DNA of 64,000 nucleotides from Deltaproteobacteria bacterium. Lineage in GTDB: Bacteria; UBA10199; GCA-002796325; JACPFF01. This document shows positions 46,754-57,102 of this stretch, piece by piece. Under the pieces are notes generated by a model. It saw only the letters and a program-made list of their open reading frames with translations. It was not told the DNA's origin and did not search any database. The translations under genes were made by a program, and so were the position numbers. Each line of letters starts with the position of its first letter. Within the stretch, counting starts at the first letter, position 1. The stretch is taken from NCBI GenBank assembly GCA_016183065.1, contig JACPFF010000006.1, positions 43,578-107,577 of the forward strand, read 5' to 3'.

Positions 46754-47643
46754 AACCCTTTGGACTTATGGAGGCGACCGCCACGGTCGCGGACAAGGGC
46801 ATGGACATGTGGAAGCCGGTTGGCCATGCGAAGACCGTCTTCGAGTTCCATGGTGCTTAAGGCCGAGGCCAGTGCGTCTGCAAGGGCCGCATCGTCGGTG
46901 ATGACTGTCGCACTCTGCACCCCCTTGGCGGGGCCGGTCCCCTTGCGCGCCACGGTCGAGGTCGCGGCATTCGAAAAGGTGATCGTCATCCCCTGGCCCG
47001 CATAGCGGCCCGCAACATCGGTCACGGTCTTCTGCCACGACCCGACAATATTACTCCCCACACTGCGCGAGGCCTTCCCCACTTCGACCATGGCATTGTC
47101 GATGTTTGCCTTCCAGAGCATGGCCATGAGACGATCGGCAAAGAATCCGTCGAGGACCGGGGCCACATTGATCTCCATCTCCGGCTTGAGAAACGCCACG
47201 GTCCGTTGGTGTTTGTTGATGGTAATATCGAGTGCCGTGCCACCGCTGGTGATATCGAAGGCGCCATCGGTCATGCGACGGGCCTTTTGCGCCATCTTGA
47301 GCAGTTCCATGGTGGTGGGCGCTACCGTGACCGGAGATTTTCCCGCCCCGGCATTGATGCGGGCGAGATCGCTCTTGGGATTGCCGGCATCAAATTGTGC
47401 GGCGACTGCGGAGAGGTCGCGCAAGGCCACATCGAAGACATTCTGGATGGCGGCGGCGTGCTTTTGCAGACCCAACACCGTGGCATGGACGACCTGGCCC
47501 GTGGGGAGCTTTGCCTGCTGGCTGAATTCCCGGAGATCCTCCGGGGAAAACGTCTCGGTGGTGGAGGCTGCGGGACTCCAGACTGCGCCACTGAGGAGAC
47601 TCGTGAGGACAACGAGACACTGCAACGATCGAACCGGACGCAT
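46750..47643 (-). CDS. apbE: ApbE-like FAD:protein FMN transferase (periplasmic)
   Basis: Signal peptide. SDLARIN, DGAFDIT and LDGFFADR correspond to ApbE motifs. Moderately diverged. Confidence 0.7.
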   Translation of the reverse strand: MRPVRSLQCLVVLTSLLSGAVWSPAASTTETFSPEDLREFSQQAKLPTGQVVHATVLGLQKHAAAIQNVFDVALRDLSAVAAQFDAGNPKSDLARINAGAGKSPVTVAPTTMELLKMAQKARRMTDGAFDITSGGTALDITINKHQRTVAFLKPEMEINVAPVLDGFFADRLMAMLWKANIDNAMVEVGKASRSVGSNIVGSWQKTVTDVAGRYAGQGMTITFSNAATSTVARKGTGPAKGVQSATVITDDAALADALASALSTMELEDGLRMANRLPHVHALVRDRGGRLHKSKGF

Positions 47644-47676
47644 GCTTCCTCCCTGTGATGAACGAATGAGTGCGTC

Positions 47677-50493
47677 TCATAACAGATGTTTTAGATAGTG
47701 GCCAGTAAAAGATGTCGGGTGTTTTGCGATGACCTCAGGGGGGCCCGCCACGACCACGGTGCCACCTGCGTCGCCGCCCTCCGGGCCGAGGTCGACAATG
47801 TAATCGGCCGATTTGATCACATCGAGGTTATGTTCAATGATGACGATGCTATTGCCCGTATCGACCAGGCGGTTCAACACGGCAAGGAGCTGGCGGATGT
47901 CGTCAAAATGGAGTCCGGTCGTCGGTTCGTCGAGGAGATACAACGTCCGTCCGGTCGCGCGCTTGGAGAGCTCTCGGGCGAGCTTGATCCGCTGGGCTTC
48001 TCCGCCGGAAAGGGTTGTGGCCGACTGTCCCAATTCAATGTAGCCCAATCCGACATCGGTCAATGTCTGCAGCTTCGATTGAATCGCGGGAATCGTCGCG
48101 AACAATTCGGCGGCCTGTTCCACGGTCAAGGCGAGGATGTCGGCAATGGTTTTTCCCTTGTAGAGGATCTCGAGCGTTTCCCGGTTGAACCGCTCCCCGT
48201 TGCAGATCTCGCACGGGACATAGACATCGGGGAGAAATTGCATCTCGATTTTGAGAATTCCGTCTCCCTCGCACGCCTCGCAACGGCCCCCCTTGACATT
48301 GAACGAGAACCGGCCCGGCTTGTAGCCGCGGGCCTTGGAGGATGGCAGTTGCGCAAAGAGTTCGCGGATATGCGAAAATACTCCCGAGTATGTGGCGGGA
48401 TTCGAGCGCGGCGTCCGTCCAATCGGCGATTGATCGATATTGATGACCTTGTCGAGAAATTCGATCCCCTCCAGCGCGTCGTGTGCGCCCGCCGTGACAT
48501 GGGTCCTCTGCAACCGCTGACAGAGCGCCGGAAAGAGGGTCTCGTTGATCAGCGTGCTCTTGCCCGAACCGGAGACGCCGGTGATGCAGGTCATGCGGCC
48601 CATCGGGATGTCGAGGTCGATCCGCTTGAGATTGTGGGCCCGGGCACCGCGCAATCGCAACCACCGTCCGTCCGGCTCGCGACGGCGTGCCGGGCGCGGA
48701 ATCGTCCGTTTCCCCGTGAGATACTGGCCCGTCAGGGAGCTCGGCGTGGCCATGATCTCCTGCGGCGTCCCGGTTGCCACAATGGTTCCCCCATGCACCC
48801 CGGCCCCGGGGCCGATGTCGATCACGTGGTCGGCGGCAAGGATGGTGTCGCGATCATGTTCGACGACGAGCACGGTGTTGCCAAGATCGCGAAGACGGAT
48901 CAGGGTGTCGAGCAGGCGATGATTGTCGCGCTGATGCAGTCCGATGCTCGGCTCATCAAGGATGTAGAGCACGCCGGTCAAGGCCGAGCCGATCTGCGTT
49001 GCCAGCCGGATGCGTTGCGCCTCGCCGCCGGAGAGCGTCCCCGCCGACCGGTCGAGGGTCAGATAGGCGAGTCCCACTTTGTGCAGGAACTGGAGTCGTT
49101 CGCGGATTTCGCGCAGGATGCGCTTTGCAATGGTCTCCTCTTTGGCCGAGAGGGTGAGCGCTGCCAGGACTGTTGCGCAATCATCGATCGAGCGCTGTGT
49201 GAGTGAGGCAATCGTTTCCCCGTGAATCCTGATATGGAGACTCTCGCGCCGCAATCGCGCCCCATGACACGCCGGGCAGGGACGGATATTCATGAATCGT
49301 TCGATATCGTGCCGGATCCAGTCCGAGGTGGTCTCTTCATACCGCCGTTCGAGGTACGGGATGACGCCGCGAAACGGGCTGGAGTACCGCTCCCGACGTC
49401 CATGGCGTTCGATCAACCACTGAATTTCCTCGTCCCCGGAACCCCAGAGCATCAGGTGTTGGAGTGCCTCGGTAAGGGTGCGCCACGGGGTGGCGGCGTT
49501 GAAATGAAAATGTTCCGCCAGATTGAGATAGACTTGGGGATAATACGATGATGTCTCGGAGCGCCATGGTGCAATGGCCCCCTCACGCAGCGAGAGATGC
49601 GGATTTGGCACAATCAGCGCCGGATCGAAATAGTGTTTCGTCCCGAGCCCGGCGCATGTTGCACAGGCCCCGAGCGGACTGTTGAAGGAAAACATCTGCG
49701 GCGTCAGTGCGGGGTAACTGATGCCGCACGTGACACATGCCGCCCGCTCGCTGAGCAAAATCGGGGCATGTGCACCCTGCGGTTCGATCACGGCCACTCC
49801 CTCGCCATGCTTCAGCGCGGTCTCGAGCGAGTCCGGCAGGCGATTGCCCAGCGTTGGGCGAATGATGAGCCGGTCGACGAGGAGGTCGATCGTATGCTTC
49901 TTTTTTTTGTCGAGCGTGATCGCGGTAGAGAGTTCGTGAATCGTGCCGTTGATCCGCACGCGGGCAAAACCGGCCTTGCGCAGGGCATCGAGCTCCTTGC
50001 TGTGGCTCCCCTTGCGGGCCCGGATGACCGGGGCAAGGATCGTGAGCCTGGTCCCTTCCGGAAGCGCGAGAATGCGGTCGACCATTTGCGAGATGGTCTG
50101 GCTCGCAATCGGCGCTCCGCACTGGTAACAGTGCGGGACGCCGATCCGTGCAAAGAGGAGCCGGAAATAATCGTAAATCTCCGTCACGGTCCCGACCGTC
50201 GACCGGGGATTGTTGCTGGTCGTCTTCTGTTCGATGGAAATCGCGGGGGAGAGGCCGTCGATCGATTCGACATCGGGCTTGTGCATCTGCCCGAGAAATT
50301 GGCGGGCATAGGAGGAAAGCGATTCCACATACCGGCGCTGTCCTTCGGCATAGATGGTGTCAAATGCGAGGGTCGATTTTCCCGAGCCGGAAATGCCGGT
50401 CATCACCACCAGGTGATTCCTCGGGATGTCGAGGTCGATCCCCTTGAGGTTGTGCTCGCGGGCCCCGCGAATCATGATGGCACGTGGTTCCAT
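47677..50493 (-). CDS. uvrA: excinuclease ABC subunit A
   Basis: 938 aa. Two ABC modules ([20 protein letters not shown]) and Zn-finger cysteines. Confidence 0.97.
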   Translation of the reverse strand: MEPRAIMIRGAREHNLKGIDLDIPRNHLVVMTGISGSGKSTLAFDTIYAEGQRRYVESLSSYARQFLGQMHKPDVESIDGLSPAISIEQKTTSNNPRSTVGTVTEIYDYFRLLFARIGVPHCYQCGAPIASQTISQMVDRILALPEGTRLTILAPVIRARKGSHSKELDALRKAGFARVRINGTIHELSTAITLDKKKKHTIDLLVDRLIIRPTLGNRLPDSLETALKHGEGVAVIEPQGAHAPILLSERAACVTCGISYPALTPQMFSFNSPLGACATCAGLGTKHYFDPALIVPNPHLSLREGAIAPWRSETSSYYPQVYLNLAEHFHFNAATPWRTLTEALQHLMLWGSGDEEIQWLIERHGRRERYSSPFRGVIPYLERRYEETTSDWIRHDIERFMNIRPCPACHGARLRRESLHIRIHGETIASLTQRSIDDCATVLAALTLSAKEETIAKRILREIRERLQFLHKVGLAYLTLDRSAGTLSGGEAQRIRLATQIGSALTGVLYILDEPSIGLHQRDNHRLLDTLIRLRDLGNTVLVVEHDRDTILAADHVIDIGPGAGVHGGTIVATGTPQEIMATPSSLTGQYLTGKRTIPRPARRREPDGRWLRLRGARAHNLKRIDLDIPMGRMTCITGVSGSGKSTLINETLFPALCQRLQRTHVTAGAHDALEGIEFLDKVINIDQSPIGRTPRSNPATYSGVFSHIRELFAQLPSSKARGYKPGRFSFNVKGGRCEACEGDGILKIEMQFLPDVYVPCEICNGERFNRETLEILYKGKTIADILALTVEQAAELFATIPAIQSKLQTLTDVGLGYIELGQSATTLSGGEAQRIKLARELSKRATGRTLYLLDEPTTGLHFDDIRQLLAVLNRLVDTGNSIVIIEHNLDVIKSADYIVDLGPEGGDAGGTVVVAGPPEVIAKHPTSFTGHYLKHLL

Positions 50494-50638
50494 GGCAACC
50501 GGTGATCATGCCGGGGCTGGTGACAGAGTGCAAGGGGAAAGGGCCACGAAAAACCGAAGACCCTTGAGGGCCGGGGGAACACGACCCTTCAGCGCCGCAG
50601 TGCGGCTTGGGTCGTGGGGCCCCACAGAAAGTCCGGAC

Positions 50639-51010
50639 TCAATCGAGCCCGGTGACCTCGTAATCAAAGAGGACCGAGGGCATGCCTCCCATGACCGCTT
50701 GGAGCCGATCGCGATGGAGGTGTTGAAACCCTGCGCCGGTGATGTAATACTGGAAGGCCTCATCGGTCTCTTGAAAGTGGTCCTGCGCATAATGCCGGAG
50801 TGTCCATTGCGCCAACGTGCGCGTTGCCGGGATCATTTTTTCAAAATCCACTGTCCAGTACCCGTACTCTTCGTTCCACTCGATTGGGCGCTCGCGTTCT
50901 GGCAGACTCGCCAGGAATCCGATCTGGATCGCCGCAAGCTTTGAATAGGATCCACCCTGGAACGTCTCCCCGCGTGTCGCACGCATGACCATGCGGAGTC
51001 CCCAGCCCAT
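50639..51010 (-). CDS. hypothetical small protein
   Basis: 123-aa track ORF. Codon third positions are GC-rich, as in neighbouring genes. No family recognised. Start uncertain. Confidence 0.5.
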   Translation of the reverse strand: MGWGLRMVMRATRGETFQGGSYSKLAAIQIGFLASLPERERPIEWNEEYGYWTVDFEKMIPATRTLAQWTLRHYAQDHFQETDEAFQYYITGAGFQHLHRDRLQAVMGGMPSVLFDYEVTGLD

Positions 51011-51037
51011 GAGTGTGCGGAGTGTCGTCGTGCGATA

Positions 51038-52639
51038 TCACTGTTCGGTCTCGGCAAGTTTCTCCGGCGCCATCTCGCCTGCCGCGACCCGTTCCCGGGC
51101 GCGCAGCACCAGCCATCCGGGAAGATCAATGCCATAATTTTGGCCCTTAAATTCTTCGATCGTGCCGGCCCACGAGGTCTCCTTTGTCCGCAATCCGCTG
51201 CCGAATTCGGCGGAACTTCCCGGTTTTGGTTTGCCGAGTTGAGGTCCCAGATTATGCCCCAATTCGTGCAAGATGGTTGCATCGGGGCCAATCTTCTGCA
51301 GGAAATCTGCATGATGCGCTGGATTGAGGAGCGGGAAGAGATATCTGGCCATCATCTCGGGTTTGTACGCGCTCTCTTCTTTATTCTTGAAAATCATTGT
51401 GAGGCGTCCACACGGTTCTTGCAGGCCATCGCTTCCACACCAATTGGGGAGTGTCTGGCCGATTACGGTCCCGGCTGGACCGCCAACGGCATCACCAACC
51501 GAATAGATGATATCCCAGAAAAGTGGCATCGACATCGCTGCCGTCCCTTCCACGTACAACGCGGGATCCCCGATCAGTTCGGCGGTGTATTTTTCCCAGG
51601 CCTGCACATGGGGTTTGTAGGTGTCGCTCGTCTTTGCGGCCGCAAAGTTCTTGATCCCGATGCTCATCGAGTACCGGGCTTTCCGTTCGCAGTGATCGCC
51701 AATCGTGTCTCCGCCGACTTCATCCGCCCCGACACGGACGTACAGGATCGAGGCAGATCGGCCATGTTGCCGCCAGGCCTCGTCCGACGTTTCGTACGGA
51801 AAGGGCTTGCGACTCTCCAAGGCCTCGGCCGCGGCCGTGAGATAGGTGACCAGTGCGGCTTCTCGCGGAATCTGTGCAAAGGCCCTTGCGGCCTCCCGCA
51901 GCTGTTGTGCGACCGGTTGCTGGATATGCGCAAAGTGTTCTGCATAGGGGACGGCGCGTTGCCATCCGTTGGCATCAACGACGTCGGCGCTGAACGGATT
52001 CCCGAGACTGAGCATGTTGTTTCCCACATCGGCGCATGAAATCCGTGGATCCACCACGCCGGCCTGCGTGCGCTTCGGCAGCGAGGGGAGGGCCACACAG
52101 AACGAACTGGTGTTGCTGAGACACCACGGATGGCCATAGCGGCTGAGCAGGTCGGCATCTGCGGTGGTCCGCGCGGATTCGCCGCACAGCGTATCCGAAT
52201 ATCCGATCTGCTCTCCATAACCCTGGCTCATCCATGGACCCGCGCGGAGCAATGCCTTAATGCCCGTCTTGTACTGTGCAATCTCGGCCTCGGTAATACC
52301 AACCTCTTTGGGAAGACCACGGAGCCATGCATCCATATCGGTCGTCATCTTTTCCCGGTACGTCAGGGTCAGCTCTTCCCCGACCAATTCCTGCCGATAC
52401 GCTTCCACCATGCCACGATAAAATTGCGCGAATCGCGCGTTAAACCGGAGTGTGCCATCGACGGTTTCCGTGAAGCGCTCTGCATGTGCCGTCAGTTCTT
52501 CCGGTTCGATCTGCTGATCCCCATCGGCATCATGCCACTGCGGGGCATCTGCTGCTGGTGTGCCCGCCTGTGACTTGGCAAGGCGATTGAACGGTTGTTC
52601 TGGGATATGGGGGAGGCCGAAAATGCGGTCTGCGGTCAC
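51038..52639 (-). CDS. putative zinc metallopeptidase (HELGH ... EEFKGQ; possibly atypical M49/DPP-III-like)
   Basis: 533 aa. ILHELGHNLG is an HEXXH motif, and a second acidic motif TIEEFKGQ lies ~40 aa downstream. The family assignment is from memory of atypical pentapeptide-motif M49 enzymes. Confidence 0.6.
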   Translation of the reverse strand: MTADRIFGLPHIPEQPFNRLAKSQAGTPAADAPQWHDADGDQQIEPEELTAHAERFTETVDGTLRFNARFAQFYRGMVEAYRQELVGEELTLTYREKMTTDMDAWLRGLPKEVGITEAEIAQYKTGIKALLRAGPWMSQGYGEQIGYSDTLCGESARTTADADLLSRYGHPWCLSNTSSFCVALPSLPKRTQAGVVDPRISCADVGNNMLSLGNPFSADVVDANGWQRAVPYAEHFAHIQQPVAQQLREAARAFAQIPREAALVTYLTAAAEALESRKPFPYETSDEAWRQHGRSASILYVRVGADEVGGDTIGDHCERKARYSMSIGIKNFAAAKTSDTYKPHVQAWEKYTAELIGDPALYVEGTAAMSMPLFWDIIYSVGDAVGGPAGTVIGQTLPNWCGSDGLQEPCGRLTMIFKNKEESAYKPEMMARYLFPLLNPAHHADFLQKIGPDATILHELGHNLGPQLGKPKPGSSAEFGSGLRTKETSWAGTIEEFKGQNYGIDLPGWLVLRARERVAAGEMAPEKLAETEQ

Positions 52640-52731
52640 GGCGGGTTCCTTTCGATCATGTCATGAGGTCTGACATGGGGCTGTTTGAGCGGTGTCTAGT
52701 TCTGCGATGCCCGTCTGTCAACGATTTCCCG

Positions 52732-54123
52732 TCAGGCGATTCCGATGAGGCGCTGGGCCTCGCCCAGCAGGGCCTCGACCTCATCGGGTGACGCGGCTTC
52801 GGCGTAGGTGCGGAAGAGCGGTTCTGTGCCCGATGCGCGGACGAGGAGCCAGCTGTCGTCTTCGCGGAGGAAGTGATACCCATCGATGCGATTGACCCGG
52901 GTGACGCGTTTCCCGCAGAGTGTGGTGGGGAGCGGTTTCTCCAGCCGTTCTTGTGCGGTGTGCATCTGGGCGGGGGTCAGTTTCAGATCGATGCGTCGAT
53001 AGTGTGTGGGTCCGTAGGTCTGCTGCAGTTCGGCCACCAGTGCGCCGATCTTTTTTCCGCGGACCGCACAGAGCTCGAGCAGCAGGAGGGCGCAGAAGAG
53101 GCCGTCGCGTTCGCAGACATGGCGGGGAAATCCGAAGCCGCCGCTCTCTTCGCCACCCACCAGCATGTGCGGGGCGTTGAGTGCCGGGCTGATGTGTTTG
53201 AAGCCGACCGGGGTGACCTGCAAGGCGAGCTGAAACGTGCGGCAGATACGGTCGATCATCTGCGTGGTCGTGATCGATTTGACGACATTGCCGGTCCACT
53301 GTTTATGGGTCAGCACATGCTGCAGCAGGAGGCCGTAGATCTCGTGGGTCGTGATGTACCGCCCGCGCTCGTCGATGGCGCCGATGCGGTCGGCATCGCC
53401 ATCGGTGATGACGCAGAGGTCAAAGTCGCCGGTGCGCATGGTTTCCATGGCTTCGTTGACATATGGGACGATCGGCTCCGGATGGAGTCCGCCAAAGGCC
53501 ACATCGCGGTTCCCGTGGATTTCGGTGACGTCATCCACCAGCTGCTGAAGGAGTCCCGCACCGGCGCCATAGAGCGGATCAAAGAGGAGACGGAGATGCG
53601 CCCGACCGATGGCCTTCAGATCGACCAGACCGCGCAGATGCGCCAGATAGGCATCACACGTGAGTGACGTGAGTGGCGCGGCACGCGGTGGCCTTGGCGG
53701 GGGACCTTCCCGCTGAGTGCGGACGATTTGCGCCTCAATCAGATTCGTGAATGCGGCTGCGGCTGCGCCGCCGTAGCTCTCCTTGAATTTGATCCCGTTC
53801 CACCTCGGGGGATTATGGCTCGCCGTGATCATGATCCCTGCGGTGGCGTGGCGCTGGACGACACTCCAGGAGACGAACGGGGTCGGGACATAGGTCGCGG
53901 CCAGCGCGGTCGGGATGCCATGGGTCGTGAGGAGGTCGGCCACGAGTCGTGCCATCTCCGGGGACTGGTCGCGACGGTCATAGCCGACGACCACACCGTG
54001 GCCGCTGTGGGGAAGCGAGGGATAGAGGTCTGCAAAGGCGTGGATCACATGGGCGACATTTTCGGGCGTGAAGTCCTGACCGATCACCGCGCGCCATCCG
54101 TCGGTCCCAAATCGAATAGTCAT
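52732..54123 (-). CDS. alpha-D-phosphohexomutase (phosphoglucomutase/phosphomannomutase family)
   Basis: Track ORF 52732..54360. ATG 54121-54123 gives MTIRFGTDGWRAV. Active-site TASHNP. ATGA overlap with pdxA. Confidence 0.9.
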   Translation of the reverse strand: MTIRFGTDGWRAVIGQDFTPENVAHVIHAFADLYPSLPHSGHGVVVGYDRRDQSPEMARLVADLLTTHGIPTALAATYVPTPFVSWSVVQRHATAGIMITASHNPPRWNGIKFKESYGGAAAAAFTNLIEAQIVRTQREGPPPRPPRAAPLTSLTCDAYLAHLRGLVDLKAIGRAHLRLLFDPLYGAGAGLLQQLVDDVTEIHGNRDVAFGGLHPEPIVPYVNEAMETMRTGDFDLCVITDGDADRIGAIDERGRYITTHEIYGLLLQHVLTHKQWTGNVVKSITTTQMIDRICRTFQLALQVTPVGFKHISPALNAPHMLVGGEESGGFGFPRHVCERDGLFCALLLLELCAVRGKKIGALVAELQQTYGPTHYRRIDLKLTPAQMHTAQERLEKPLPTTLCGKRVTRVNRIDGYHFLREDDSWLLVRASGTEPLFRTYAEAASPDEVEALLGEAQRLIGIA

Positions 54124-55037
54124 GTCAATCTCCCCCGTGCCAGTTGTGCGGCGAGCCGGATCGCTGCACACAGATTTGAGGGATCGGCCCGACCCGTGCC
54201 AGCAATGTCTTCCGCGGTTCCATGTCCGACACTGGTGCGGACAAATGGGAGGCCCATCGTTACATTGACCGCTTCTGTGGGTGCAAGCATTTTGATCGGA
54301 ATCAACCCCTGGTCGTGATAGAGGGCAATGACCGCATCGTAGGGAGTGCCGCTGTGCCAATGGCGAAAGAAGCCATCGGCCGGGAATGGTCCGGCAATGT
54401 CAAGGCCGGCTGCTTGGAGCGCCGCCACCGTCGGTGCGATGGTCGAGAATTCTTCTCTCCCGATCAGCCCCCCTTCCCCGGCATGGGGATTGAGTCCCAG
54501 GCAGGCAAGCCGCGGCCGGGGAATGTGCAGCCGTTGTTGCAGGAATGCCGCGGTGATCGTCACGGTCTCGCGCAATCGTTCGACCGTGAGATGCCCTGGC
54601 ACATCCTGCAGCGGAATATGCGCCGTCGCCAATGCGATGCGGAGGCGCCCGGCCACAAAGAGCATGCGCGTCTGCGGGGGCTGCGCCGGATTGGCCAGTG
54701 CGGCAAGCCACTCCGTGTGTCCGGCGGCCGGAATCCCTGCGGCACGCCACCGGGCCTTGTTGATCGGCGCGGTGACCACGGCATCGATCCTGCCGTGCCG
54801 GAGGTCATCCACGGCGCGATTGACCGCATCCGCGCTGATCCGCCCGGCGGTTGCATCCGGCATGTGCCAGTCAGGCCCGGTACGCTCGCGATCCCCATAG
54901 ATGGTCAATCGCATCGTCGGATCGGCGTGGAATCGCACGGCGGCGGTTGCGACGATTTCCGGTCCAATCCCCTTGGGATCTCCTTGCGTGATGCCAATGC
55001 ACAGAGGGCGATCGGATTTGTTGGGGGAGAGAGGCAT
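54120..55037 (-). CDS. pdxA: 4-hydroxythreonine-4-phosphate dehydrogenase
   Basis: GDPKGIGPEI, GHTEWLA and NPHAGEGG motifs. Confidence 0.9.
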   Translation of the reverse strand: MPLSPNKSDRPLCIGITQGDPKGIGPEIVATAAVRFHADPTMRLTIYGDRERTGPDWHMPDATAGRISADAVNRAVDDLRHGRIDAVVTAPINKARWRAAGIPAAGHTEWLAALANPAQPPQTRMLFVAGRLRIALATAHIPLQDVPGHLTVERLRETVTITAAFLQQRLHIPRPRLACLGLNPHAGEGGLIGREEFSTIAPTVAALQAAGLDIAGPFPADGFFRHWHSGTPYDAVIALYHDQGLIPIKMLAPTEAVNVTMGLPFVRTSVGHGTAEDIAGTGRADPSNLCAAIRLAAQLARGRLT

Positions 55038-55061
55038 ACGGAGACCCGCACCGGTGTCCGG

Positions 55062-56009
55062 TTATTCGAGGATTTCGATATAGGCCTTGGCACGGAGTCT
55101 TCCCAGATACTGGGTCAGTGCGCCGGACATTTTTGATTGGTAGAGCGCCTGCTGTAATACCGGTCTGTATTGCTCGAAATCTTTTTGTCCGGCGGCCGGA
55201 CGTTCCAACACCTTTACGATGTAGACGCCCCGCCCTGTGACAATGGGGTCACTGACCTGCCCAATGCCGAGGCGCCGACTCGCCGTGGCCAGGACGGGAT
55301 CAAGGTTCTCGATGGCCACCAGGCCATGATCGCCGCCGCTCGCGGCGGTCGGACTCTGGGAGTGCTTTTTGGCCACGGCCGCAAAATCACCGGCCCGCGC
55401 TGCTGCCGCGAGTTTTTTGGCCTCCCGCACGGTCCGTCGCTGGTCACGCGGCGTGGCGTCGTCCGTGAAGGAGAGGAAAATCTCGGCAAAACGGATCTGT
55501 GCAAGGCTGGAGGCCGTCGTCGGGCGGTGTTGCTGCCGGAGGTAGAGGTTGTACAATTCGCGTTCACTCAGCTGGATTTCATTCCCCAGCGTGGACTGCA
55601 GGAATTTCATCTGGCGCAACTGACCGGAGATCTGCCGCTCGAACCCTTCCATCGACATGCCACGCTGGGCCAGTGCCTGTTGGAGTTGGTCCCGTGTGAT
55701 GCCGTTCTGCTGGAGAAAGCGCCGCAAGGCCTCGGTCAGTTCCGCATCGTCAATGGTGACGTCTCCCTTGTCCATCTCGCGCTTGATGAGGCGATCATCG
55801 ATCAGTTGCTCGATCGCAGCGTGGCGCGTTGCGGTCCCACCGCGGCCAGATCCATTCCCGCGAAAATCTGCGAGGACCTGATCAAGCTCCTGTTGTGTAA
55901 TGACGTCATTGTCGACAATGGCGACCACGCGATCGACCAGTTGTGCCGACAGCGCGGGAGTGGCCATCATCCCCATCAGGGCTATGCAGAGGCTTCGGAC
56001 TTGCCACAT
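55062..56009 (-). CDS. surA: periplasmic chaperone/peptidyl-prolyl isomerase, SurA-like
   Basis: Track ORF 55062..56204. ATG 56007-56009 gives a signal peptide, MWQVRSLCIALMGMMATPALSA. SurA N-domain plus one parvulin domain. Confidence 0.8.
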   Translation of the reverse strand: MWQVRSLCIALMGMMATPALSAQLVDRVVAIVDNDVITQQELDQVLADFRGNGSGRGGTATRHAAIEQLIDDRLIKREMDKGDVTIDDAELTEALRRFLQQNGITRDQLQQALAQRGMSMEGFERQISGQLRQMKFLQSTLGNEIQLSERELYNLYLRQQHRPTTASSLAQIRFAEIFLSFTDDATPRDQRRTVREAKKLAAAARAGDFAAVAKKHSQSPTAASGGDHGLVAIENLDPVLATASRRLGIGQVSDPIVTGRGVYIVKVLERPAAGQKDFEQYRPVLQQALYQSKMSGALTQYLGRLRAKAYIEILE

Positions 56010-56025
56010 ACGCGCTCCTCCTTCA

Positions 56026-56988
56026 TTACGGTGCCGGCGGGGATTGTTGCGGTGGTCCCGACGTATGCACGACGGTCTGTGTGAAGAGATCATCCACGAT
56101 ATCAATTGCGGCCCGATGTCGCAACGTCTCCAATGTTGTGTGATAGGCGGAGAGGAGCGCCTCGTGATGGAGCCGTTCCCGGATCGTCTCCCGGACCTCC
56201 GCAAAAGCGATGGGGCCGCGACGTCGACGCGCTTTCACCTTGAAGAGATGATAGCCATACGGGCTGGTGACCACGGTACTCATGGCCCCGACGGGGAGAC
56301 GGAAACAGGTCTCCTCAAAGACCGCCGGATACGTTCCCCGTTCGATCCAGCCGAGGTCGCCCCCGTGCTGTGACTCGGGACTCATGGAAAATTCCATGGC
56401 CAGCTTGGCAAAATTCTCTCCGGCGAGCAATCGTTGGTAGAGCGCCTTTGCCGTCTTTTCCTCATCAACGACAATATGGCGAACGGCCACCGCATCCGGG
56501 TGCTGAAACTCGTCCCGGTGGGCCTCATAATAGGCGCGAACATCTTTCGGGGTGATGATGATCGTCGGCGCAATGACCTGGGCGATGTAGCGCTCCGTGA
56601 GGAGGTGGTATTGCTGCTCGCGACGCCATTGGGTTTCATCAATGGCATGGCTGCGCAAGACCTCGGTGAGTGTGCGGGCGTTGTATTGTGCAAGCGATTG
56701 GGTGACGAAGGCGTCGATCTCGTCCGAGGCCAGGGTAATGCCTGCGGCACGGGCCGCCTGGGCAATGAGCCGGCGATCGATCAGTTCCTGCAGGACGGTC
56801 GACGTGAATGTTTTGTGATAATCTTTCCCTTTCAGGCGGATCGGATCTGCCCGGTGCTGCATCATCATGGCCGCGGTTTCGAGTTCGGACGTGGTAATGG
56901 CCTCGCCATCGACGCGCGCCACCACATCGCCGCGACACGCGGCCATGCCGAGGCCCACCAGCAGGAGGATCGAATATCTCTTGAACAC
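56026..56988 (-). CDS. parvulin-type peptidyl-prolyl isomerase lipoprotein (PpiC/PrsA-like with a SurA N-domain)
   Basis: MFKRYSILLLVGLGMAAC. Parvulin domain ...RHIVVDEEKTA...GGDLGWIERG...YGYHLFKV. Confidence 0.8.
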   Translation of the reverse strand: MFKRYSILLLVGLGMAACRGDVVARVDGEAITTSELETAAMMMQHRADPIRLKGKDYHKTFTSTVLQELIDRRLIAQAARAAGITLASDEIDAFVTQSLAQYNARTLTEVLRSHAIDETQWRREQQYHLLTERYIAQVIAPTIIITPKDVRAYYEAHRDEFQHPDAVAVRHIVVDEEKTAKALYQRLLAGENFAKLAMEFSMSPESQHGGDLGWIERGTYPAVFEETCFRLPVGAMSTVVTSPYGYHLFKVKARRRRGPIAFAEVRETIRERLHHEALLSAYHTTLETLRHRAAIDIVDDLFTQTVVHTSGPPQQSPPAP

Positions 56989-57102
56989 AGCTGGCCGCTA
57001 GCATAGGAAATGTGGGGGTTCAAGCGCTTTCTGCGACGTAGGTTTCCCTGGGAAGTGGGCCCCACGACCGAGCCGCGCAGCGCGTCAGGAGTGGATGTCG
57101 TC

